From the NCBI GenBank assembly GCA_963754875.1, contig CAVWHO010000010.1, positions 192,001 through 256,000 of the forward strand: a stretch of DNA of 64,000 nucleotides, written 5' to 3'. The notes under the pieces were generated by a model, which searched no databases, was not told where the DNA came from, and saw nothing but the letters and a program-made list of their open reading frames with translations. Shown here one piece after another: positions 55,019 to 64,000 of the stretch (positions are counted from its first letter, which is position 1; each line of letters opens with the position of its first letter). The translations under genes and the position numbers were made by a program. The stretch comes from Nitrospirota bacterium. GTDB taxonomy: Bacteria > Nitrospirota > UBA9217.

Positions 55019-55426
55019 ATGCAAGTCACACGAGAAGGTGATTACGGGATCCGCAGCGTTTTGTATCTTGCTCGCCAGCCATTTAAAAAAGTCAGTTTCA
55101 TTAATGAAATCGCGGAGGAGTATAAAATCCCCCGAAGTTTTCTCGCCAAGATTCTGCAAAAACTCGTCAAAGCGAAGATCGTACGTTCCTACCGCGGAGT
55201 GAAGGGCGGCTTTTCTCTCGCCAAACAGTCTCGAGAGATTACGGTACTCGAAGTCCTTGAAGCAATCGAAGGGAAGCTCTATATCAATCTCTGTCTCATG
55301 GACAAAAAGAAATGTAACTTCTCTAAACACTGCCCCACAATGACGCTGTGGGCAAACGTCCAGACCAAGGTGGCCGATACTCTAAAAAAAGCGAATTTCG
55401 AAGACCTTTCCAAACAAAAAGTCTAA
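55019..55426 (+). CDS. Rrf2-family transcriptional regulator (3 Cys)
   Basis: DYGIR, S.RG.KGGF.LA, C-x6-C-x5-C. Confidence 0.92.
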   Translation: MQVTREGDYGIRSVLYLARQPFKKVSFINEIAEEYKIPRSFLAKILQKLVKAKIVRSYRGVKGGFSLAKQSREITVLEVLEAIEGKLYINLCLMDKKKCNFSKHCPTMTLWANVQTKVADTLKKANFEDLSKQKV

Positions 55427-55462
55427 GTTGTCAGCGTTTCTTCCATACGACTGGAGCGCCAT

Positions 55463-56860
55463 ATGACACCGGATAACCAGTATGACTATCGTGCAATTAA
55501 AGGGTTCGCGATTTCATCTCTGTTTTGGGCGGTTGTAGGGCTCCTCGTCGGTATCCTCATCTCCCTGCAGCTCGTTTACCCCTCGCTCAATTTTACGCCT
55601 TGGCTCACCTACGGAAGACTCCGTCCTGTCCACACAAACGCGGTCATCTACGGATTCACCGTGCCGGCCGCTTTCTCCCTGTTCTTCTATCTGGTGCAGA
55701 GGTTAGGCAGGACACGGCTCGCATTCCCGGGACTTGCACAAGCCACGCTGTACGTTTTCAACGTGGCCATTGTGCTCGCCGCACTCTCGCTCTTTGCCGG
55801 CATGAACCAAAGCAAGGAATATTCCGAACTCGAATGGCCGCTCGACATCGGGGTAGTGATCCTGTGGGTGATGTTCTCAATCAACATTATCGGCACGATC
55901 ATGAAACGGAAAGAGGAGCAGATGTATGTTTCGCTCTGGTACATTCTCGCTACGGTCGTTGGCGTAGCTATCGTGTATATCGGGAACAATATTTCGGTCC
56001 CCGTTTCCTGGTTCAAATCCTATTCCATCTATGCGGGCGCGAACGATGCGAACGTCCAGTGGTGGTTCGGACACAATGCAGTTGCCTTCGTCTTCACCAC
56101 GCTGCCCCTCGCTGTCTTTTACTACATCCTTCCCAAGGCGACCAATGCACCGCTGTACAGCCACCGGCTTTCGATCATCGGTTTCTGGGCGCTGGTCTTT
56201 GCGTATCTCTGGACCGGGGCTCATCACCTGATCTATACGCCGCTTCCCGACTGGATCCAGACCGTGGCCATCGCATTCAGCTTTTTCTTGATTGCTCCGT
56301 CATGGGCGTCGGTCATCAACGGCTATGGCACGATGAACGGCCAATGGCAACAGATGCGGTCCAACTATCTGGTTAAGTTTATCGTCATGGGAATCACGTT
56401 TTACGGTCTGCAGACCATTCAGGGACCGAGCCAGGCAATCCGTTCCTTCAGTGCTTTAATCCACTACACTGACTGGGTGCCCGGTCATGTTCACATGGGC
56501 ACGATGGGATGGGTAACGATGACGATTTCGGCAGGCTTCTATTATATGATCCCCCGCATTTATAATACGGAAGTATACAGCGTCAAGCTCGCGAATCTGC
56601 ACTTCTGGCTCGTGCTCGTGGGACAGCTTATTTATTCTGTCACCATGTGGATAACGGGCATTCGACAAGGGGCGATGTGGCAGGCCATGGACAAGGACGG
56701 CAGCCTGGTTTATGCCAATTTCGTGCAGACTCTGGCGCCGAATTATCCCTTCTGGAATATGCGTACCGCCGGGGGGATTATTTTCTTTACGGGGTTCCTT
56801 GTGTTCGTTTACAATCTTTACAAGACGATCAGGACTGCGCCGGTGCCACAGAAGGCATGA
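55463..56860 (+). CDS. ccoN: cbb3-type cytochrome c oxidase subunit I
   Basis: GRLRPVHTN, EYSELEW, WWFGHN, YLWTGAHH (Tyr present), HVH. Confidence 0.95.
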   Translation: MTPDNQYDYRAIKGFAISSLFWAVVGLLVGILISLQLVYPSLNFTPWLTYGRLRPVHTNAVIYGFTVPAAFSLFFYLVQRLGRTRLAFPGLAQATLYVFNVAIVLAALSLFAGMNQSKEYSELEWPLDIGVVILWVMFSINIIGTIMKRKEEQMYVSLWYILATVVGVAIVYIGNNISVPVSWFKSYSIYAGANDANVQWWFGHNAVAFVFTTLPLAVFYYILPKATNAPLYSHRLSIIGFWALVFAYLWTGAHHLIYTPLPDWIQTVAIAFSFFLIAPSWASVINGYGTMNGQWQQMRSNYLVKFIVMGITFYGLQTIQGPSQAIRSFSALIHYTDWVPGHVHMGTMGWVTMTISAGFYYMIPRIYNTEVYSVKLANLHFWLVLVGQLIYSVTMWITGIRQGAMWQAMDKDGSLVYANFVQTLAPNYPFWNMRTAGGIIFFTGFLVFVYNLYKTIRTAPVPQKA

Positions 56861-56959
56861 GAACGAGGTGTACCTCCGAGAGCGTGGAGAAAACCATGAA
56901 TTAGGGATTATCGCCGCGACATGCGTTTTGCTCGATGCCGCACTACAAAGGAGCCGCGA

Positions 56960-57532
56960 ATGAACGTCGATAAAAGACCGGTAATCTTTATTATCCTGGC
57001 GACGCTGACGATCCTGGTGGGAACGCTGTTGACGACGTTCATTCCTTTGTTTGTCGGGACTGCGACGCCGTCCATTGAAAAAGTTATTCCTTACAAACCG
57101 CTGGAAGTGGAGGGCAGGGACATCTATATTCGCGAAGGTTGCAACAATTGCCACACCCAGACGGTCCGTCCGCTTCCCTTTGAAACGGCCCGTTACGGCG
57201 CACCGTCAAAACTTGAGGAGTCTGCCATCGATCGGCCCCATCTGTGGGGGTCCAAGCGGACCGGGCCTGATCTTGCCCGCGTAGGCACAAAATATCCTGC
57301 AGCCTGGCATTACCTGCATTTGAAAGATCCGCGGAGCATGTATCGTGATTCGAACATGCCGGCCTACGCATGGCTCAGCGACAGAAAACTGGACACCCAG
57401 TATACGGAGAAAAAAATGCACGTTCTTGGTTATCCCTATGCGGCCGAGGATGTGCAAGCCCTGGCAGATAAAACGGAAATGGACGCCCTCGTGGCATATC
57501 TCATGCGGCTGGGAAGGGAGTTAAAACAGTAG
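56960..57532 (+). CDS. ccoO: cbb3-type oxidase subunit II
   Basis: GRDIYIREGCNNCHTQ, WGSKRTGPDLAR, S.MPAY. Confidence 0.95.
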   Translation: MNVDKRPVIFIILATLTILVGTLLTTFIPLFVGTATPSIEKVIPYKPLEVEGRDIYIREGCNNCHTQTVRPLPFETARYGAPSKLEESAIDRPHLWGSKRTGPDLARVGTKYPAAWHYLHLKDPRSMYRDSNMPAYAWLSDRKLDTQYTEKKMHVLGYPYAAEDVQALADKTEMDALVAYLMRLGRELKQ

Positions 57533-57534
57533 TG

Positions 57535-57675
57535 ATGGAATGGAAAGCATGGCTTTATTTCGGTTTCACTATTTTGCTCACCGTGGTCTTGATGAGCATT
57601 GCGGTGTATTATTATCGCGATAAGCGGAAGAAGACAGTTGAAGAGCCGAAGTACCGAATGCTCGATGAGGATTGA
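57535..57675 (+). CDS. ccoQ: cbb3-type oxidase subunit CcoQ (46 aa, not in ORF track)
   Basis: MEWKAWLYFGFTILLTVVLMSIAVYYYRDKRKKTVEEPKYRMLDED; position between ccoO and ccoP. Confidence 0.75.
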   Translation: MEWKAWLYFGFTILLTVVLMSIAVYYYRDKRKKTVEEPKYRMLDED

Positions 57676-57756
57676 CCGGTGGAAATATTTTTTTTATTGA
57701 TTGCTGATACGCTTCGGGGTGCCACATAAACTGCTGCCGAGCATCAGGAGAAGACT

Positions 57757-58237
57757 ATGAGCGAATATGACGGGATAGAAGAACGAAAAGAGGGGAAGTC
57801 AAGGATGCCTCTTGGCATGACGATATCTGTTTGTCGGACTCATTATCTTCGGGCTGTGCTATTTGTATCTCTATTCTCCGCAGACCACCGGCTGGACCCA
57901 GGCAAAACAATATGAGCAGCGAATGGAAGCCTTCAAGCAGCAAGTCGTGACCCATGAAACGAAAGAGGTGGAATCCGGCCGTTCGGAGAGCATATCAACT
58001 GGACAAGGGCCGGAAATATATAAATCGACCTGCGCGATGTGTCACGGCGAAAATCTTGAAGGAGGAATCGGCCCGGTGCTCCTGGGGCCGAAATTCAAAT
58101 ATGGCGGAACTCTTGCCGACCATGTTCGCGTTATCACGAACGGCACTCCGAACGGCATGCCGGCGTATGGAAAACAACTCGGTCCCGACAAGGTACGCGC
58201 AGTTGCGCACTATGTCTTTTTCCGACATACGAAGTAG
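57757..58237 (+). CDS. ccoP: Monoheme CcoP-like cytochrome c (frameshift ~57826)
   Basis: N-terminal EYDGIEE..MP; single CAMCH; GMPAY. Confidence 0.8.
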
Positions 58238-58243
58238 CCAGGC

Positions 58244-59500
58244 ATGAAAAAGCTATCTTTTCGCGACTACGGCGCAGGCATTGCTGCATGGGTGCAGGCA
58301 GCGCTTCTGCTCGCGCTGCCATTCCTTCGGGTGAACGGAGAAAGCGCCCTTCGCTTTGACGTTCCTTCCCTTAAATTATATTTTTTCGGTTCCGTCATCT
58401 GGATCAGCGAAGCTTATTTCTTCCTGCTCGTCTTCCTTCTCTTTTTTCTCGGCATCATGCTTGATAACGGTCCTCTACGGCCGCATCTGGTGCGGCTGGA
58501 TGTGCCCCCAGTCGGTCCTGTCCGATTTCGCGAGACGGTTGATTGCCGTCACGGCATGGTTCAGCCGTCATCGGTACGTCAGGCGGGACGGTTTCGCAGG
58601 TTGTCCTCTTCTGTTTCTCGGCAACTCGTCGCGGCCGACTTGATCTGGTATTTCGTTTCGCCCTATGACATGATCAGGGACTCGTTCACGGGTCGCTCGG
58701 CCCCTGGACATCAGGCTCTTGGTTATTTTTTACCATGTTACTCTATCTGGACCTGGCCTTTGTTAGACAACGTTTCTGCGGGTCCGTTTGTCCGTATGCG
58801 AGATTCCAAAGCGCATTTTTTGATGACAGAACGCTGACGATCGCTTTCGACCGGGAACATGCAGACGAATGCCTCGGGTGCGAAGCATGTGTGCGCTCCT
58901 GCCCATCAGGGATAGACATTCGCAAGGGTCTTCAGGTTGAATGCATCAACTGTGCTGAATGCATCGATGCTTGCCGCGCACAGGCGCTGAAAACCGGAAA
59001 AAGGCTGCTCGTGCGGTATTTCAAGGGAGCGTCCGGTGAGACGATGCCGATGGGGATGAGGGGCCGGGTGATAGGGCTTTCCATTGCCTTTGCCAGTATC
59101 GCCGTGCTGCTTGCATATCAAGTTTATGTTAGAGTGCCTGTTGATTTCTGGGTTTTTCGCGACGAGCCCCAATCGGTTCAACAGGGGGACAATCCTGCCG
59201 GCATGATGAATTCCTATTCAGTAACAATTGAAAACCGCGGTCTTAAACCGGCCGTCTACCAGCTCAGTGTTGCCGGAATAAAAGATGCAGAACTGGAAAT
59301 TTCACAGAATCCTTTTATCGTTCCCTCCCAATGCCGGGATGAAGGTACGAGTTAACGTCTATGTCAAGAGAAAAAACCTCACTTACCGGCTCACACAACT
59401 GCGTTTTATTCTTGAAAATCTCATGACACGGGAGATAAAAGTGGAACAGGAAGCCCCCTTTATCTACCCGGACCAGACCGAAGAGGGAAAAGAGATTTAA
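58244..59500 (+). CDS. ccoG: CcoG/FixG polyferredoxin accessory protein (several frameshifts)
   Basis: GRIWCGWMCPQ, FCGSVCPY, CLGCEACVRSCP, ECINCAECIDAC. Confidence 0.85.
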
Positions 59501-59566
59501 CGTGCTGCACGTTGCTCAGAGAAAAAGATCAGTAGCGAGTTGCGAAATAGGGGATATAATTATACT

Positions 59567-59710
59567 ATGCTCTGGACAGTTATTGCGCTCATCGTTCTCA
59601 TGTTTTTCCTTGGCCTTGCTGCCTGGTTCATTTTTATCTGGGCCGTAAAGACGGGACAGTTCGATGATATCGAACGGCCGAAACACAGGATGCTGGATGA
59701 TGACAGTTGA
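59567..59710 (+). CDS. ccoS: cbb3 oxidase assembly protein CcoS (47 aa, not in ORF track)
   Basis: FIWAVKTGQFDDIERP..RML.DD signature. Confidence 0.88.
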   Translation: MLWTVIALIVLMFFLGLAAWFIFIWAVKTGQFDDIERPKHRMLDDDS

Positions 59711-59846
59711 TTACGTTGTGGAATAAATAGTCCAGCTCCCGTGATCCGTTATTCTTTCGTGAAATCCTCCCTGGTCTCTGCCTGCCTCAAATCGCTCGAA
59801 AAACAGCTTGACACTTCGCCGGGACTTGGTGTATCCTCCCTTCTGA

Positions 59847-59870
59847 ATTTAATTAACCGATTAGTTAAAT
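59847..59870. promoter_or_regulatory. Palindromic TetR operator candidate
   Basis: ATTTAATTAACCGATTAGTTAAAT, imperfect palindrome between a TTGACA-N18-TATCCT promoter and the tetR ATG. Confidence 0.65.
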
Positions 59871-59874
59871 TATT

Positions 59875-60531
59875 ATGAAGCAACCCCGCTCACAAAAACA
59901 TTCTGCAGGCCGCCGTCCCAAATCGGGCCGGTCCGAGGGCGATACGCGCGTTGAAATTCTCGCTGCCGCACGCCGGGTGTTCGCGCAGCACGGTCTCGAC
60001 GGGACTTCGGTCCGCGAGGTTGCCGATGCGGCAAAAGTCAATAACGCGATGATCTATTACCATTTTAAGGACAAAGATGCTCTTTATCGCGCCGTTCTGA
60101 GCGACTCTTTCTCTGCCCTGGCTGATATCTGGTCCGACCCTGTTTTCTCATCAGAAACGTCGGTACGCAGGAAAATCGAGAAGTACGTCGAGAGCTTCAT
60201 CAGATTCCAGATTGGCAATGAAGACCTGCGCAGGATTATGGCCATGGAATTTGCGGGAAGCAGCGGAAACATCGCGTGGATCTGCGAACGGTATTTCGCC
60301 GACAATTATGCCCGCCTGGTTAAAATGTTCAGGGACGGGATGAAGAGCGGCGAACTGAGAAAATTCGATCCCTCTCTGGCAGTTGCCTCTCTGATCGGGG
60401 TCATTATCCACAATTTTATTTTGCAACCCATGGCGGAGCAGGTGCATGGAAAATGCGTGAACCTCTCTCCGAAAAAATTCGGTGCTTTTGTAACAGATCT
60501 CTTCTTTAACGGACTGGCTTTGATTAAATAA
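59875..60531 (+). CDS. TetR/AcrR-family regulator
   Basis: ILAAARRVF..G..GTSVREVA..A.V....IYYHF..K HTH. Confidence 0.93.
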   Translation: MKQPRSQKHSAGRRPKSGRSEGDTRVEILAAARRVFAQHGLDGTSVREVADAAKVNNAMIYYHFKDKDALYRAVLSDSFSALADIWSDPVFSSETSVRRKIEKYVESFIRFQIGNEDLRRIMAMEFAGSSGNIAWICERYFADNYARLVKMFRDGMKSGELRKFDPSLAVASLIGVIIHNFILQPMAEQVHGKCVNLSPKKFGAFVTDLFFNGLALIK

Positions 60532-60570
60532 ACAGGCAAAGCTCACAACTTACAATGAGGTCCCATGACC

Positions 60571-61866
60571 ATGAGAATATTGTACGCATTTGTTTTTACT
60601 CTGGCTTGTATTGTATCGGCCGTTCAGGCACAGGCAGGGGACAGGGTCTATACTCTCGAAGATGCCTATAAAGCGGCCCTCGGTACGAATGAAATGGTCA
60701 AGATCGCCGAGGAAGACGTGGCGCAGTCGGACGATCGGGTTGACCAGGCATGGACCTATCTGTATCCGCGCCTCATTGCACAGGGGGCGTATACGCATTT
60801 CAATGAAGAACTTCCTCCCGGCGGCGGCCTATTTCTATTTCAACCTCTCGACCAATATCAGGCGGCACTGGTCCTGACCCAGCCGCTCTACACAGGCGGC
60901 AGAACGTTGGCAGCTCTCCGTACGGCCAAAAAAATGCGCGAGAGCAGCAACAGCAGCCTGCTCCTGGTAAGACAGGACATGATGCTGAACGTTGCCGAGG
61001 CTTATTACGGCGTGCTCAAGGCCCAGAAGACAGTGGATATCAGCAAACGGTCACTGGAGCGGATGGAGCACCATCGAGAAACCACTGAGCGTGAGGCCGC
61101 AACGCGAAAAACCAAAGCCAACCAGTCTGCTTTACTTCGTGCGAATTCGCTGGTAAGCCAGGCGCGTATCGCCTTAGTGCGGGCACAGGATGGTCTGAAT
61201 ATTGGGCGGGATAAACTGAGTCTGTTGACCAAGCTTCCTGCGGATCTGCAGGTAATGGAGCCACCTCAGGTCGATCAGCCGTCAGGGAGTCTTGAAGATC
61301 TCCAGAAGATCGCTCTTGCCAACCGTGATGATTACATGAACGCGAAAATGAATAAAAACATTTCAGAGGAAAACGTCACCATCGTTCGGGGCGGACATTA
61401 CCCCCAGCTTGCTGCAGTAGCGGGAGCTCAATACCAGGATTCGCGGCCGGCGATTTTCACGGACTCGACGACCTACTATGCGGGGCTTCGGCTCACGATC
61501 CCGATCTTCGAAGGCGGCCTGATGAATGCCGAGGTAGCGGAAGCCAAATCAAAGGTCAGACAGGCGGAATTATTCAGCAATTTTCTTCGCCAGTCCATTG
61601 ATTCCGACGTTCACGCAGCGTATGTGAACCTCCAGACCGTAACGTCGGTACTGGAGACTGCAAAGCTTGAGATGGACGATGCTAAGGGCAACTATGATGC
61701 AGTGGAAAGTCTGTTTTCGGAAGGGCTCCTTGCCAGCCTTTCTCTCATTGATGCGGAGCAGACCTTGACCATGGCGGAGAGCGAACTGATGAACGCAACC
61801 TATGACCGCCAGATCGCCATCCTGCGCCTCAGAAAAAGCATAGGATTGCTAGGGAAAGAATCATAA
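60571..61866 (+). CDS. TolC-family outer membrane efflux protein
   Basis: Signal peptide; QPLYTGG and IPIFEGG repeats. Confidence 0.9.
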   Translation: MRILYAFVFTLACIVSAVQAQAGDRVYTLEDAYKAALGTNEMVKIAEEDVAQSDDRVDQAWTYLYPRLIAQGAYTHFNEELPPGGGLFLFQPLDQYQAALVLTQPLYTGGRTLAALRTAKKMRESSNSSLLLVRQDMMLNVAEAYYGVLKAQKTVDISKRSLERMEHHRETTEREAATRKTKANQSALLRANSLVSQARIALVRAQDGLNIGRDKLSLLTKLPADLQVMEPPQVDQPSGSLEDLQKIALANRDDYMNAKMNKNISEENVTIVRGGHYPQLAAVAGAQYQDSRPAIFTDSTTYYAGLRLTIPIFEGGLMNAEVAEAKSKVRQAELFSNFLRQSIDSDVHAAYVNLQTVTSVLETAKLEMDDAKGNYDAVESLFSEGLLASLSLIDAEQTLTMAESELMNATYDRQIAILRLRKSIGLLGKES

Positions 61867-61902
61867 GTGCATTTCTTACGTTCAATAAACTGAGGTCTTG
61901 CC

Positions 61903-64000
61903 ATGCGTTTGCCTGAAATATCAATAAAAAGGCCGGTATTCATCACGATGATCGGCCTTGCACTCATCGTCTTCGGTATAGTTTCCTTCCCCCGTCTGGC
62001 TCTCGACCTTTTTCCCAAGGTCGACTTCCCGATCGTGAACATCACGACGAAACTGGTGGGCGCGTCGCCTGAGATTATGGAGGCGGACGTCACGAATACG
62101 ATCGAAGAGGCCGTGAACACGATCAACGGCGTCAAGTCTATTACCTCCCAAAGCATGGAGGAGTATTCCATTGTGACGGTGGAGTTTCAGCTCGAACGCA
62201 ATGTCGAGCAGGCGGCCCAGGACGTGCGCGACAAGGTCGCCGCGATCAGAAACCAGCTGCCTCGGGACTCCGAGCCGCCGGTGATCGAGAAGATCAGCCC
62301 CGAGGACCAGCCCATCGTCTGGATCGCGGTCTGGGGAGACCGCTCTATCCGGGACCTGACGCACTACGCGGATAAGATCCTGAAGCGTGACATTGAGAAG
62401 ATCCCGGGTGTGGGATCGGTGACCATGAGCGGCGGCAGGACCCGTCAGGTGCGCATCTGGATCGACCGGAAGAAGATGGACGCTGCGTCCCTGACCGCCG
62501 ATGACATCAAGCAGGCGCTGGGACGGGAACACCGAGAAGTACCGGGCGGACGGGTCGAGAATGTCCGCACGGAATATATCGTCAAGACCAAGGGCGAGTA
62601 CGAAACGCCTGAGGCGTTCAACGACCTGATTATCGCCTATCGGCATGGCAGACTGATCAAGCTCAAGGACATCGGGTCCGCCGAGGACGGGCTCGAAGAC
62701 GAGCGGTCGATCACCCGGTTCGACGGGAAAATGGCCGTCGGCCTTTCGGTCAAACGCCAGTCAGGCGAGAACACTGTTGCTGTGGCAGAGCGCGTCAAAG
62801 CGGCCGTAGCGGCCATCAAACCGCCACAGGGCATGCATCTTGACATCACGTTCGACCAGTCCAAGTTCATCCGGCGCTCGATCGAGGACGTCCAGATATC
62901 GCTCTGGCTTGGGGCCGTGCTTGCAGTACTCATCATCTTCGTTTTTCTCCGGAGCGTCAGGAGCACGCTGATCAGCGCCGTAGCCCTGCCGACCTCGGTG
63001 ATCGCGACCTTCGCCTTCATCCACGCCTTCGGGTTCACCCTGAACATGATGACCATGCTCGGCCTGTCGCTCTCCATCGGCATCCTGATCGACGACTCCA
63101 TCGTGGTGCTTGAGAACATCTACCGACGAATGGAAGAGGGGGAGCCGCCGATGCAGGCGGCCCTCGAAGGATCGTCGGAGATCGGCCTGGCAGTCATGGC
63201 GACAACCTTGTCCATCGTTGCCGTGTTCGTTCCTGTAGCGTTCATGAAGGGGATCGTCGGCAAGTTCTTCTTCGAATTCGGCATTACCGTCACCGTCGCG
63301 GTACTCATCTCCCTCTTCGTGTCACTGACGCTGACGCCCATGCTCACCTCGCGCTTCCTGAGCCACACCAAGAAACACGGCAAGGTCTACCTGTTCCTGG
63401 AGAAGGGCTTCGACAAGATGTACGACGTGTACAAGCCCCTCCTCGCCTGGGCGCTCAAGCACCGCTGGTCGGTCATCGCGATAGCGGGCGCAAGTATCGT
63501 CATAGGTCTCGTGTTCTTCGGGATCCTGGGTAAGGAGTTCATGCCGAATGAGGACCAGGGCAGATACATGGTCAGGCTGGAAACGCCGATCGACTATTCG
63601 CTGCCCCGCGCGGACGGGGTCATGCGTAAAATCGACGAAGAGCTTCGCAAAAGACCGGAGGTCCAGAGCACGTTTTACGTGACCGGGTCCGACTTGACGC
63701 CGGATGTGAACAAAAGCCGGATCTATGTGAATTTGAAGGAACGGAAGGATCGGAACATTGCCCAGCTGGATTCCATGAAACAGGTACGTGACTTCCTGGC
63801 GGGCAAATCCGACATCAAGTCCTCGGTGGAAATGATCGCGATGGTGGGAGGCGGCATGCGGTCCGTTCCGATCCAGCTTATGGTGCAGGGAAGAAACCTC
63901 GACGATCTGAACATGCGGACCCTGGCCATCAAGAACGAGTTTGCGAAACTGCCTGGCGTGGTGGATGCCGATACTTCCATCGAAACCGGCAAACCCGAGG
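61903..64000 (+). CDS. RND (AcrB/AcrD/AcrF) permease, truncated by window end
   Basis: Manual translation [25 protein letters not shown]..; [14 protein letters not shown] in TM4; open to the window end. Confidence 0.93.
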   Translation, partial: MRLPEISIKRPVFITMIGLALIVFGIVSFPRLALDLFPKVDFPIVNITTKLVGASPEIMEADVTNTIEEAVNTINGVKSITSQSMEEYSIVTVEFQLERNVEQAAQDVRDKVAAIRNQLPRDSEPPVIEKISPEDQPIVWIAVWGDRSIRDLTHYADKILKRDIEKIPGVGSVTMSGGRTRQVRIWIDRKKMDAASLTADDIKQALGREHREVPGGRVENVRTEYIVKTKGEYETPEAFNDLIIAYRHGRLIKLKDIGSAEDGLEDERSITRFDGKMAVGLSVKRQSGENTVAVAERVKAAVAAIKPPQGMHLDITFDQSKFIRRSIEDVQISLWLGAVLAVLIIFVFLRSVRSTLISAVALPTSVIATFAFIHAFGFTLNMMTMLGLSLSIGILIDDSIVVLENIYRRMEEGEPPMQAALEGSSEIGLAVMATTLSIVAVFVPVAFMKGIVGKFFFEFGITVTVAVLISLFVSLTLTPMLTSRFLSHTKKHGKVYLFLEKGFDKMYDVYKPLLAWALKHRWSVIAIAGASIVIGLVFFGILGKEFMPNEDQGRYMVRLETPIDYSLPRADGVMRKIDEELRKRPEVQSTFYVTGSDLTPDVNKSRIYVNLKERKDRNIAQLDSMKQVRDFLAGKSDIKSSVEMIAMVGGGMRSVPIQLMVQGRNLDDLNMRTLAIKNEFAKLPGVVDADTSIETGKPE

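Noticed and set aside
61921..63992. Minus-strand ORFs here and similar long antisense ORFs elsewhere (e.g. 10054-11019, 28160-29047, 45314-46051)
   Set aside because: They are shadows of well-supported plus-strand genes in GC-rich DNA and carry no recognisable motifs.

Overview
Bacterial chromosomal window, GC-rich and almost entirely + strand. Gene content and order suggest a Nitrospirota or deltaproteobacteria-like organism (inference only). From left to right it contains: (i) a housekeeping block (glpD 3' end, pdxJ-acpS-nnr-CBS-tsaE-nadK-udg, mutS, rplI, dnaB); (ii) tandem TPR+cNMP-binding proteins and amrB; (iii) a type IV minor pilin/PilY1 locus behind a sigma54-type promoter; (iv) tupBC, maf, an atypical LuxR regulator, a candidate structured ncRNA and an M48 protease; (v) an RsbU/W/V partner-switch trio next to mlaEFD, then hisS-yfcE-pgm-eno; (vi) a ~12 kb accessory island with integron attC sites, where a class-E-like group II intron is inserted in the top strand of one attC; (vii) rrf2 followed by a cbb3 oxidase operon; (viii) a TetR-TolC-RND efflux locus running off the end. 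Many genes, including essential ones, carry single-base frameshifts, most likely long-read assembly errors. The most notable signals are a four-helix-bundle (Avd/IVP-like) gene bracketed by inverted heptamer arrays with gene-less copies elsewhere, the attC-targeting group II intron, a promoter-and-terminator-bounded ncRNA candidate, a stand-alone PilY1-like module, a Cys4 loop in DnaB, and several apparently leaderless genes.
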